From Dehalococcoidia bacterium (lineage in GTDB: Bacteria; Chloroflexota; Dehalococcoidia; Lucifugimonadales; UBA3495): 64,000 nt of DNA. The notes beneath the pieces were generated by a model. That model worked only from the letters and a program-made list of their open reading frames with translations, searched no databases and had not been told where the DNA came from. The translations under genes were made by a program, and so were the position numbers. Positions 17,939 through 26,657 of this stretch are shown here, piece after piece. Location of the stretch: contig JAJDTP010000021.1 of NCBI GenBank assembly GCA_022827095.1, positions 258,771 through 322,770 on the forward strand, written 5' to 3'. The stretch's first letter is position 1. Each line of letters starts with the position of its first letter.

Positions 17939-18736
17939 ATGCCGTATGCAGAGATCAACGGGACGCAGATGTTTTACGAGAGCCACGGCGAGGGGCCAGC
18001 GTTGGTGTTTGCCCACGGGCGCGGCGGCAGCCATCTGAGCTGGTGGCGTCAGGTGGCAGTGTTCCAGCAGGATTATCGGTGTGTCACCTTTGACCACCGA
18101 GGATGGGGACTGACGGCCGGGCCTGACGCACCGCCGGAGCCGGCGACCTTCGTGTCCGACCTGGAATCGCTGCTGGACCACCTGGGGATCGACCGGGCGA
18201 CGCTGGTGGCCCAGTCCATGGGAGGAGTGACGAGCCTGGGCTTCGCGCTGGCACATCCGGAGCGGGTCACTGGTCTGGTGCTGGCAGACACCACGGGAGG
18301 GGTCGGCGATCCGTCGGTGGTCTCCCTGCTGGAGGACGTGCACCCGCCGGAAGACCCGCTGCGCCGGGCACTGAGCGACGGTTTCATTGCGAACCATCCG
18401 GATTTGACGTTCCTGTTCGGTTCCATCGGGAGGATGAACCCTCCGATGGCGTTGAGCATCGTGTCCGGCTTGTTCCGAAACCCCGCGGGACCGAAGGCGG
18501 CGGACCTGGCGGGGTTTGCGGTGCCCACGCTCCTGGTGGTCGGGGAGGAAGACCGCATATTTCCGCCCAACGTAATCGAGGCGGCGCACCGGCTGATTCC
18601 CGGGAGTCGGCTGGAGGTGGTGGCCGGTGCGGCCCACTCAACGCACTATGAGCAGGCGGACATCTTCAATGAACTGCTGACCGGGTTTCTGGCAGAGATC
18701 GGCGCGGGCGCCGTCGGAGTAGCCGCTGACGATTGA
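17939..18736 (+). CDS. alpha/beta hydrolase
   Basis: MPYAEINGTQMFYESHGEGPALVFAHG, nucleophile elbow AQSMGG, and a C-terminal His (GAAHS). GGGAGG Shine-Dalgarno before ATG 17939. Confidence 0.85.
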   Translation: MPYAEINGTQMFYESHGEGPALVFAHGRGGSHLSWWRQVAVFQQDYRCVTFDHRGWGLTAGPDAPPEPATFVSDLESLLDHLGIDRATLVAQSMGGVTSLGFALAHPERVTGLVLADTTGGVGDPSVVSLLEDVHPPEDPLRRALSDGFIANHPDLTFLFGSIGRMNPPMALSIVSGLFRNPAGPKAADLAGFAVPTLLVVGEEDRIFPPNVIEAAHRLIPGSRLEVVAGAAHSTHYEQADIFNELLTGFLAEIGAGAVGVAADD

Positions 18737-18764
18737 TACTGGCCCGGTGGAGAACAGTGTCACT

Positions 18765-18796
18765 CAAAAAGCAGGGGCGGACTGTCGTCCGCCCCT
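18765..18796 (-). terminator. rho-independent terminator candidate for the FMN-dehydrogenase gene
   Basis: Hairpin CAGGGGCGGAC-tgtc-GTCCGCCCCTG (18771-18796), followed on the minus strand by CTTTTTGAG. Confidence 0.6.
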
Positions 18797-18828
18797 GACA
18801 ATTCGCAGTCTGCAGAAACGTTGCCGTA

Positions 18829-19950
18829 CTAGAAAGGCAGGTGCTCCGCGATGTCGTTTTCGGTGCGGAAGGGCCCCCACTCGCGCGGCACATTTAGCAG
18901 ACGGTCTTCCAGGTCGTCGACGCTGTTCTGGCCGCAGTAGGCCATGGCACGGTTGAACTCTTCGCGGAGGAGTTCCAGCATGTGGTGCACACCCTCGGCT
19001 CCGTTGACAGCGAGGCCCCAGTAGAGGGGACGGCCGACGGCAACCGCGCGAGCGCCCAAAGCCAGGGCTTTGAGGACATCGCTGCCCCGGCGAACGCCGG
19101 AGTCCACGTACACCTCGGCCTTATCCCCGCAGGCCGCGACGATCTCGGGGACCATCTCGATGCTGGACATGGTGCTATCGAGCTGGCGGCCGCCATGGGT
19201 GGAGACCAAGACCCCGTTGACCCCGTGATCGACAGCCATTCGTGCGTCCTCGGCGACGCGGACTCCTTTGAGCACGAGGGGAAGGTCGGTAAGGCCGCGC
19301 AACCATTCGACCTCGGCCCAGGTCAACGGCGGTGACTGGGGCATTTCCCACGTCGGTGACTCGTCGGTTCCACTGACCTCAGATAGGCGGTCCTGCTGAT
19401 CGCGGAAGTTGCCGAGGTCGCCGGGCCGTTGGTAGCGGTTACGCACGTCACGCTCCTTGGGGCTCGGAACCGGCGTATCCACCGTGAGGACGATGGCGCG
19501 GTACCCGGAAGCCTCGGCGCGCTTGACCAGGTTCTCGGTAAGGTCGTATCCACGATGATAAAGCTGGAACCACAGTGGTCCGGTGGCGGCCTCGGCTATT
19601 TCCTCCATGCTGCAGTTGGAAGACGTGCTGCACATCATGAGGGTATTGGACATGCCGGCGCCGCGAGCGGTGGCGCATTCGGCGTCGGGGTGAGCGTTGC
19701 CGTGACCGCCTGTGGGGGCGATCATCACCGGGAAACTGATATCCTGGCCTAGGACCGTGGTGGAGACCTTGCGCTCGGTAGTATCGCGCATGAAACGCGG
19801 GCGCAGGGTCAGCGCCTCGAATGCGGAACGATTACGGGCAGTCGTGATCTCGTCCATCGAGCCAGCCTCGATGAACTCCCAGTTGTTGTGGGGCAACACC
19901 TGCTTGGCTCGCGCCTCGTAGTCGTAGAGGTTAATGGGGTCCATTCTCAT
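18829..19950 (-). CDS. FMN-dependent alpha-hydroxy-acid dehydrogenase (LldD/glycolate oxidase family)
   Basis: 373 aa. INLYDYEARAK, LVLKGV, VSTHGGRQLD, VDSGVRRGSDVLKALALGA. Confidence 0.9.
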   Translation of the reverse strand: MRMDPINLYDYEARAKQVLPHNNWEFIEAGSMDEITTARNRSAFEALTLRPRFMRDTTERKVSTTVLGQDISFPVMIAPTGGHGNAHPDAECATARGAGMSNTLMMCSTSSNCSMEEIAEAATGPLWFQLYHRGYDLTENLVKRAEASGYRAIVLTVDTPVPSPKERDVRNRYQRPGDLGNFRDQQDRLSEVSGTDESPTWEMPQSPPLTWAEVEWLRGLTDLPLVLKGVRVAEDARMAVDHGVNGVLVSTHGGRQLDSTMSSIEMVPEIVAACGDKAEVYVDSGVRRGSDVLKALALGARAVAVGRPLYWGLAVNGAEGVHHMLELLREEFNRAMAYCGQNSVDDLEDRLLNVPREWGPFRTENDIAEHLPF

Positions 19951-20011
19951 CGGGATACTCCGATCGTTGACTGAATCAGGAGGTCAACTGTTGGGATGCC
20001 GCAGAGTAGCA

Positions 20012-20509
20012 TTACAGGTTTAGCCTGACAATAGCGTCGGCGACGTCGGGGAGCATCCGGTACTCATCAGCCTGGGAGTCGAACGACATGGGATGGGGCA
20101 AGGCAACATTGCGGACGCGGCGTATACGCCGTACCGCGTGCCCCTGGGAGGACAGTCGACCGGACAGTTGCCGCACGGTCAGATGCATTTCTTCCAGCAA
20201 GGCCTGACGAGAAAGCACGTAGCCCGCGCTCTGGGCAACTCTTTGATAAATTTCCCGGGCATCATCAGCCAGGAAACCCCAAAAAGCTCGGACATGTTCG
20301 ATTGTCCAGCGACCTTCAGGCACCTCACTGGTTTCAGTCGGTTCATTCGATGCCGCATCGCCGGGTGATTCGACGGGAGCGGTCGCCACCGATGTTTCAG
20401 TATTGTTAACAACAGGCGAAGCGTCACTAGCATCGCCGACCGTGAGTTGTCGCATCGCAACGATCACTTCATCGGCATCACCTTCAAATGTCAGGGCAAC
20501 CTTTACCAT
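20012..20509 (-). CDS. hypothetical protein (small N-terminal domain, low-complexity linker, possible wHTH C-terminus)
   Basis: 165 aa with an ATG start. Composition is plausible for coding. No family recognised. Confidence 0.5.
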   Translation of the reverse strand: MVKVALTFEGDADEVIVAMRQLTVGDASDASPVVNNTETSVATAPVESPGDAASNEPTETSEVPEGRWTIEHVRAFWGFLADDAREIYQRVAQSAGYVLSRQALLEEMHLTVRQLSGRLSSQGHAVRRIRRVRNVALPHPMSFDSQADEYRMLPDVADAIVRLNL

Positions 20510-20604
20510 TGTTTTACCTCGCGATGTCAGTTCCGCGACAAGTCTAACACATGATTACGAGGGGTCAACGTATGGTTTAAGTGTTGGACGCATAGACGAC
20601 TGTA

Positions 20605-20644
20605 CAAATCCAAACCGAAAGGGCGAGTGTTGAACCCGCCCTTG
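20605..20644 (-). terminator. rho-independent terminator candidate for the oxidoreductase operon
   Basis: Minus strand: AAGGGCG-ggttcaacact-CGCCCTT followed by TCGGTTTGGATTTG. Confidence 0.55.
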
Positions 20645-20674
20645 AACAACGTCAGCATGGGGTCCGATGTGGGA

Positions 20675-21673
20675 TTACTCGCCTTCGTCGTGGGGGCCGA
20701 AGGGGACGATTCCCGGAATCCACCACTTCTCCCAGGTTTCGTCGATACGCTCCTGGAAGAACTTGAGGTCCTCTTCAGTCAAGTGCGCGAAACGTCCCTG
20801 ACGCTGGAGGTAATCGGTAACGGGCTTCCGGCGACGGATGCCACGAGCAATGGCGCGGGACGGACCATTCAGGATCAACTCGCCGTCGACGATCTCGTAC
20901 TGGACCCAGATGCCGGTTTCCACGGCGAGCATCCCCAGCTCGTGGGAGTACTTGGGATCGTAGTCCCAGCCCTTGGGGCACGGGTCGATGCTGTGGATGA
21001 AGGTTGGGCCGCCGATGGTGAGAGCGCGCCGGATCTTGTTGGTGAAGTCCGGACCGTAAGATCCGCAGGCGGTGGCGACGTAGCGGACGTCGGGGTGGCC
21101 GGCGGCGAGCATCGGAACGGTGTTCTTCTTCCAACGGCGGTTCATGATCCGGTGAACCTTGCCCGGAGGGGAGAAAGTCGAATTAGCGCCCCATGGGCTG
21201 GAGCCGGACACCTGAATGTCGGTGTTGGCATAGGACTCGTTGTCATAGCACAGGATGAGCAAGTTGTACTCATCATGCTGCAGGGCCGCGGAGATGGCGG
21301 AGAGTCCCATGTCCACGCCGCCACCGTCGCCGCAGAAGGCGATGACGTTGATGGGCTCATCCTGCATCTTGCCTTTGCGCATAAGCGAGGCAAGGCCGGC
21401 GGCGGTGCCGGTGGCAGCGGAGCCACTGGAGCCCAGCTGGGTGTGCATCCACGGCACGACCCACGGCGTGCTGTAGTACGTGGTGTTGGCTACGTACATG
21501 CAGCCGGTGCTGCCGACCACAATGGTGCGCGGGCCGGCAGCCTTGATCATCAAGCGCATCACCAAGGCGGATTCGCAGCCCTGGCAGGTGCGGTGGCCGG
21601 AGGTGAACCCCTCGAACACCGGGATCTGCTTGACGCCCCTAACCTGGGGGAGTTCTTGAGTCATGGTAGTCAT
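20675..21673 (-). CDS. 2-oxoacid:ferredoxin oxidoreductase, beta (ThDP-binding) subunit
   Basis: CQGCE, GCMYV, GDGGGVDMG (ThDP motif). ATG 21671-21673 has AGGAG upstream and lies 10 nt after the alpha-subunit stop. Confidence 0.85.
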   Translation of the reverse strand: MTTMTQELPQVRGVKQIPVFEGFTSGHRTCQGCESALVMRLMIKAAGPRTIVVGSTGCMYVANTTYYSTPWVVPWMHTQLGSSGSAATGTAAGLASLMRKGKMQDEPINVIAFCGDGGGVDMGLSAISAALQHDEYNLLILCYDNESYANTDIQVSGSSPWGANSTFSPPGKVHRIMNRRWKKNTVPMLAAGHPDVRYVATACGSYGPDFTNKIRRALTIGGPTFIHSIDPCPKGWDYDPKYSHELGMLAVETGIWVQYEIVDGELILNGPSRAIARGIRRRKPVTDYLQRQGRFAHLTEEDLKFFQERIDETWEKWWIPGIVPFGPHDEGE

Positions 21674-21683
21674 AGCGGCACTC

Positions 21684-22901
21684 CTATTCGCGGACACCAA
21701 TCCAGGTGTTTTCTTCCTTGACATGTCCGGCGTCGATTGAACCCTGGACCATCGAGGTCATCTCTTCCACGTCGCGGACCAGGACTTCGCGGCCACCGAG
21801 GCCGGCGATGAAGCTCTGCATAAGCGGGCGGTTGTCCAGGGTGTAAAGGGCGGAACGGATCTCGTTGAACAGCACGCCGCCGTATGAAGGCGAGCCGTAT
21901 GAATAGTCGCGGTCAATGACGCCGACGGCCTTGCAGTGGCTGAGGGCCTCACGAATCTCGTCGGTGGCGAAGGGACGGAAGAACTTCACACGGAGGAAAC
22001 CGACTTTCTTGCCCTGCTCGCGCATGCGACGAACGGCAACGCGGACCGGCATGGCGAGCGTTCCCATACCGACCAGGACGATGTCGGCGTCCTCGGTCAT
22101 GTACTCTTCGATGAAGGGGCTGGGGTCGCCGCGCCCAAAGAGCTGCTTGAACTCCTCGTAGGCTTCCTTGATAACGTCGCTGGTGCGGCGCATGGCATCG
22201 TCGGTCTGGCGACGGATTTCCATCAGCCAGTCCTCATTGACCTGCGGCGCGACGGTGATGGGGTTGTCGGGATGGAGGAGCAGACGGCCCCGGTCATATT
22301 GGGGCAGGAACTGATCAACCTGCTCCTGCGTCGGCACGTTCACGATCGCCTGAGAGTGGGTCAGGAAGGAGCCGTCACAGGAGATAGCGGCCGGCAGGAA
22401 AACGCGGGGGTCCTCCGCGACGCGCCACGCCAGCAAGGCGGTATCCAGGGCCTCCTGGGCGGTTCCCACCCAGTAGAGCATCCAGCCCAGGTCACGCACG
22501 GCCATGGCGTCGTTGTGCTCAACGCCGAAGGCTCCCGGGTCGTCCAGGGCGCGATTGCCCACCATGGCGACCACGGGAAGGCGCAGGCCGGCCGTCACGG
22601 TTATCGCCTCGAAGGCGTAGAACCAACCCACTCCGCTGGAGCCGCAGAAGGTGCGGGCCCCGACCGCGGAGGCGTGTTTGACGATCTCGAACTGGGAGTG
22701 CTCGCTTTCGGCCACGATGAAGTCGCAGTCGAAAGCGCCGTCGGCCTTGAGCTTGGACACGTACTGCATGACCGTGTCGTAGGGCCGGATGGGATAGGCG
22801 GTGATAACGTCTACGTCGGCGAGGGAGCAAGCGATGGCGATGGCTTCGCTGCCGCTGATGAGCTCCTCACGCTCGGTCTGGTGAACGGTTGCGGTGGCCA
22901 T
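21684..22901 (-). CDS. 2-oxoacid:ferredoxin oxidoreductase, alpha subunit
   Basis: 405 aa. Begins ...ELISGSEAIAIACSLADVDVITAYPIRPYDT, typical of the PorA/KorA N-terminus. Confidence 0.85.
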   Translation of the reverse strand: MATATVHQTEREELISGSEAIAIACSLADVDVITAYPIRPYDTVMQYVSKLKADGAFDCDFIVAESEHSQFEIVKHASAVGARTFCGSSGVGWFYAFEAITVTAGLRLPVVAMVGNRALDDPGAFGVEHNDAMAVRDLGWMLYWVGTAQEALDTALLAWRVAEDPRVFLPAAISCDGSFLTHSQAIVNVPTQEQVDQFLPQYDRGRLLLHPDNPITVAPQVNEDWLMEIRRQTDDAMRRTSDVIKEAYEEFKQLFGRGDPSPFIEEYMTEDADIVLVGMGTLAMPVRVAVRRMREQGKKVGFLRVKFFRPFATDEIREALSHCKAVGVIDRDYSYGSPSYGGVLFNEIRSALYTLDNRPLMQSFIAGLGGREVLVRDVEEMTSMVQGSIDAGHVKEENTWIGVRE

Positions 22902-24124
22902 CAGTCATCGTCTCCGGTAAGGGCAACTTCGGATTCGGATTCAGCTTCGTACTTGCCGGGGCTGTGATAGCCATGGCTGCGCTCGGTGTCAGCGTCGTGG
23001 GCTTTCTGCACCTCGATCAACTGGGTCATCCACTTCTGGTAGCCGTCCTTATCGCGGGTCCAGTGTTCCCACTGGCTGTTGTTGTCGTTGAATTCGGCCT
23101 CATTGACCATGGTGATGCAGCCAGCGACGGGACACACGGCCTCACAGACGGCGCAGCCGCAGCAGGCCTCCATATTTGCGTCGTAGAGCCCGTCGGGGGT
23201 CACATCAAAGCAAGTGTCGGGGCACTGGAGCCAGCACAGGGTGCACTTGATGCAGGTATCGAAGTTGACGACCGGACGCATGGAACGCGTGCTGAACTTT
23301 TTGAAAACCGAGTTGCGGGTGGGTTGATAGTCCGTGTCGCCGGAGGCGTTGGAGTTGATGGGGTCGTAGCCGTCAGCCAGAGAACCCCCGCGGAAGCCGG
23401 TGCCCCCGTCGATGCCCCTGATGACCAGGCCATCTTCCATCTCACGCCACCCGAGCAGGTCGAAGGTGAAGGGGGTTTCGTCGTTGCCTTCGCCGGGCTC
23501 GACGGGCCGCTGGATGGTGCGGTCGAAGGAGTTACGGGCGGAAGTCAGCTTCAAACCGCCCCAATCTTGATCTTCGAGAGCGGCAAGCATTGAGTCGAGG
23601 CTGACCAACTCGGGGCACACCTTGGCGAGGGCGCCGAGGATGCGGACGTCGGTGTGGTCGTCCTTGTACACCCAGAGGCCGGAGAAACTGGTGGTTGCGG
23701 GTACGATGGCGAGGTTGAAGGGTGAATCCTTCTGGTGTATGTCCTCAATGAGAGCATCCGCTTCCTGGCGGGACGTTACGATGAGGGTTCCGCCGGGCTT
23801 GGTGAGGGCGTTGATGGGCTGTAAGCCGTACCAGGCCCAGGATTCGATGCCTTTGCACATGGTGTCGTCAACGTTGATGGTGACGTCCACCTCGCGGGCC
23901 TCGTAAACGGCGAGGTTTTCCTCGAGTTCCTCGGGACTGTCGGACACGATGGCGAACTGTTTGGCAGGGATGCCGTTCCGTTCGGGGGAGTCGCCGTAGC
24001 GACCAAAAGCTGTGCCTATTTTGCCTTCTTTACGGGCGGCAAAAACGATGGTGCGGACGATGTTCCGGGCCAGGGTTTTTTGAAAAATCCCCCGGTACAC
24101 CACCTCCACTGCCACTGTGCTCAT
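22901..24124 (-). CDS. 2-oxoacid:ferredoxin oxidoreductase, fused gamma plus delta (2x[4Fe-4S]) subunit
   Basis: The N-terminus is gamma-like (...GKIGTAFGRYGDSPERNG...LKPGGTLIVTS). The C-terminal part carries CIKCTLCWLQCP and CCGCAVCEAVCP ferredoxin motifs. Acidic tail. Confidence 0.8.
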   Translation of the reverse strand: MSTVAVEVVYRGIFQKTLARNIVRTIVFAARKEGKIGTAFGRYGDSPERNGIPAKQFAIVSDSPEELEENLAVYEAREVDVTINVDDTMCKGIESWAWYGLQPINALTKPGGTLIVTSRQEADALIEDIHQKDSPFNLAIVPATTSFSGLWVYKDDHTDVRILGALAKVCPELVSLDSMLAALEDQDWGGLKLTSARNSFDRTIQRPVEPGEGNDETPFTFDLLGWREMEDGLVIRGIDGGTGFRGGSLADGYDPINSNASGDTDYQPTRNSVFKKFSTRSMRPVVNFDTCIKCTLCWLQCPDTCFDVTPDGLYDANMEACCGCAVCEAVCPVAGCITMVNEAEFNDNNSQWEHWTRDKDGYQKWMTQLIEVQKAHDADTERSHGYHSPGKYEAESESEVALTGDDD

Positions 24125-24298
24125 GTTAGGGAACCCTCCTCGGTGAGTGATGCGGCATTATAGCATGGGAGGGGCCGCGTGTTGCTCTTTGCCATGCGGG
24201 GTACTGGCTAGCACATAAAGGGGAACGCGATCGGCGGTAAGGGCCGGTAATCGTGGTAAACTCTCCGACAATTTACGCACGAAAAGGAGCGTTTGGCC

Positions 24299-25996
24299 AT
24301 GGCCCAACGAATGAAGGCCGGGGAAGCGGTAATCGAGCTGCTGCAGCAGGAAGGAGTGAGCAAGATCTTCGGGATCGTCGGCTCATCTTTCCTGGACGTG
24401 CTGGACCCGCTTTACGACCGCGACGACATGGAGTTCGTTGGAGTACGCCACGAGCAGGGCGCCGCACTGATGGCCGACGGGTACAGCCGGATCGCCGGCG
24501 CACCTTCCGTGTGCCTGGTCACCAATGGCCCGGGCGTTCTGAACCTGACCTACGGGATCGGATCGGCCTACGTGGCCCACTCGCCGGTAGTGGTACTGGC
24601 ACCGTCTGCGTCGCGTGACCACCAGCACCTGGACTCGACACAGGAATTTGATCAGGTGGCGCTGTTCGAGCCCATCACAAAGGCCAGTTTCTCCATCAAC
24701 AAGGTAGAGCGGCTCCCGGACGCGTTGCGACAGGCGTTCCGCATCGCGACGTCGGGCAAGATGGGGCCGGTCCTGGTGGATATTCCGAGGGACCTGCTGC
24801 CGGGGGCCGAGGTAGACGTGGACCTGATGGCCCCGATGGCCTATCGCACCGGCCAGGGTCACTCGCGCGGCGACCGGGCGCAGGTTGAGGCAGCGGCGCA
24901 AGAGATACTGGCGGCCAAACGGCCGGTGATCGTTGCCGGCGGCGGCGTGGAGTGGAGCCTGGCGGATGCCCAGGTTGCGAGGCTGTCTGAGCTGACCGGA
25001 GCACCCATCGTCACATCGTACGGGAGGGCGGACGCGGTACCCAACGACCATCCCAATTACCTCGGCCACCTGGGTCGGCTGGGAGCGCAGGAAGCCATCG
25101 ATGCGGTCCGCAACGCGGACGTAATCGTGGCGGCGGGCACGCGGTTGGGGCAATCCACGACGTTTTTCGACCACCGGTTCATACCTGCGGACGCGCGCAT
25201 CGTCCACATTGAGATCGACCCCAAGGAGATTGGTCGCATCTACCCGATTTCAGTGGGCGTAGAGGGCGATGTGGGCGCCGTGGTGGACGAGATCAATAGC
25301 ATCGTGGCGGCGGCGGAACTGAGGCCGGATCCCGAATGGACGCGACGGGTGGCGGGCTGGAACGCGGCGCGGGCGAGCCGGCTGGCGGCAGAGGGCGAGT
25401 TAACCGGGGACTACATCAAGCCGCAGCGGGTGTACGCCGAATTGCGAAAGGTGATGCCCCGGGACGCCATCGTCGCTCTGGACGCGGGACTCGCGCCGAA
25501 CTTTGGACAGGACCGCCTGAACTACTACCAGCCGCGCAGCCTGATCATGGCGTTAGACCTGGGCGGGCTGGGGTTCAGCTTCCCGGCGTCCATCGGCGCG
25601 AACTTCGCCGCGCCGGATCGGCCGGTGGTGAACTTCAACGGCGACGGCGGGTTCCTCTTTAACGCTCAGGAATTCGAGACTGCCGTGCGCTACGGACTAA
25701 AGAACATCTCGGTGGTGATGAACAACGACTGCTGGGGATCGGAGAAGGCGTACCAGAAATACGCGTTCAACGAGCGCTACGTGGGCGCGGACACGGTGAA
25801 CCCCAGGTTCGACAAATACGCGGAACTCTTCGGCGGCGCCGGATTTTATGTCGACCGGCCGGAGGACATCGCCGACGCGTTCGCGCAGGCGCTGGCGGTG
25901 GACGGGCCGAGCATCATCGAGATACCCACGGATCCGGACGAAATGCCCCGGCCGGCTCGCCTGGCCGAGGTGCAGGCTCCGAGCTCCGGCGGATAG
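24299..25996 (+). CDS. thiamine-diphosphate-dependent enzyme (acetolactate-synthase-like superfamily, substrate unknown)
   Basis: N-terminal Pyr domain (VGVRHEQGAALMADGY, TNGPGVLN) and C-terminal GDGGFLFNAQEFETA...NN ThDP motif. ATG 24299 lies 9 nt after AAGGAG. Confidence 0.85.
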   Translation: MAQRMKAGEAVIELLQQEGVSKIFGIVGSSFLDVLDPLYDRDDMEFVGVRHEQGAALMADGYSRIAGAPSVCLVTNGPGVLNLTYGIGSAYVAHSPVVVLAPSASRDHQHLDSTQEFDQVALFEPITKASFSINKVERLPDALRQAFRIATSGKMGPVLVDIPRDLLPGAEVDVDLMAPMAYRTGQGHSRGDRAQVEAAAQEILAAKRPVIVAGGGVEWSLADAQVARLSELTGAPIVTSYGRADAVPNDHPNYLGHLGRLGAQEAIDAVRNADVIVAAGTRLGQSTTFFDHRFIPADARIVHIEIDPKEIGRIYPISVGVEGDVGAVVDEINSIVAAAELRPDPEWTRRVAGWNAARASRLAAEGELTGDYIKPQRVYAELRKVMPRDAIVALDAGLAPNFGQDRLNYYQPRSLIMALDLGGLGFSFPASIGANFAAPDRPVVNFNGDGGFLFNAQEFETAVRYGLKNISVVMNNDCWGSEKAYQKYAFNERYVGADTVNPRFDKYAELFGGAGFYVDRPEDIADAFAQALAVDGPSIIEIPTDPDEMPRPARLAEVQAPSSGG

Positions 25997-26001
25997 CAGC
26001 G

Positions 26002-26340
26002 ATGGCAACCAACGAAATCATCAAGCCAGTCGACGTCGATATCTCCGGAAGTTCGATCATCATCAACTGGGACGACGGCCACCGAGGGATCTACCCACAC
26101 CGCATGCTGCGGTTGCGTTGCCCCTGCGCGTCGTGCGTGGAGGAGATGACCGGTCGGGCGCTGCTGGATCCCGACTCGGTTCCCCAGGACGTGCGAGCAC
26201 TGGACCAGATGGCAGTCGGGCAGTATGCGCTCCAATTCCTGTGGAGCGATGCGCACTACACCGGCATCTACACCTACCGGGCGCTGCGGGCGGCCTGCAC
26301 GTGCATCGCCTGCAACGAGGCCCGGGCACGGCAGCCTTAG
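26002..26340 (+). CDS. DUF971 (gamma-butyrobetaine-hydroxylase N-terminal-like) protein
   Basis: 112 aa. LRLRCPCASC...GQYALQFLWSDAHYTGIYTYRALR matches the DUF971 pattern. Confidence 0.75.
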   Translation: MATNEIIKPVDVDISGSSIIINWDDGHRGIYPHRMLRLRCPCASCVEEMTGRALLDPDSVPQDVRALDQMAVGQYALQFLWSDAHYTGIYTYRALRAACTCIACNEARARQP

Positions 26341-26594
26341 ACAGCAGGTTGACCGGCGTCGTTTTCCGACGTTTCAGCCTGCTCGGATGCGCGGCTGCCG
26401 CGGAAGGTCTGGCCCGGTCGGTTCCTCAGCTTGGGAGAGGTGAACGTATCGGACTTAAAAGAGAAGTTCGATATTTGACGGTTGGCCGGCTGGCCGCACA
26501 CCTTGCAATCGATGGGGTCGTCGGCGCGGGATACGGGTCGAATGGACTCGAACTCATTGCCGCAAACGGGGCACCGGTACTCGTAGATTGGCAT
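26337..26594 (-). CDS. FmdB-family zinc-ribbon protein
   Basis: MPIYEYRCPVCGNEFE...CKVCG (CxxC_CxxC_SSSS pattern). Start moved to ATG 26592-26594. Confidence 0.8.
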   Translation of the reverse strand: MPIYEYRCPVCGNEFESIRPVSRADDPIDCKVCGQPANRQISNFSFKSDTFTSPKLRNRPGQTFRGSRASEQAETSENDAGQPAV

Positions 26595-26657
26595 AGACAC
26601 CTCCCAACGGGAATTATATCCTAACGCAATTTTGCAGTTGAAATTGAGGACAGGACC

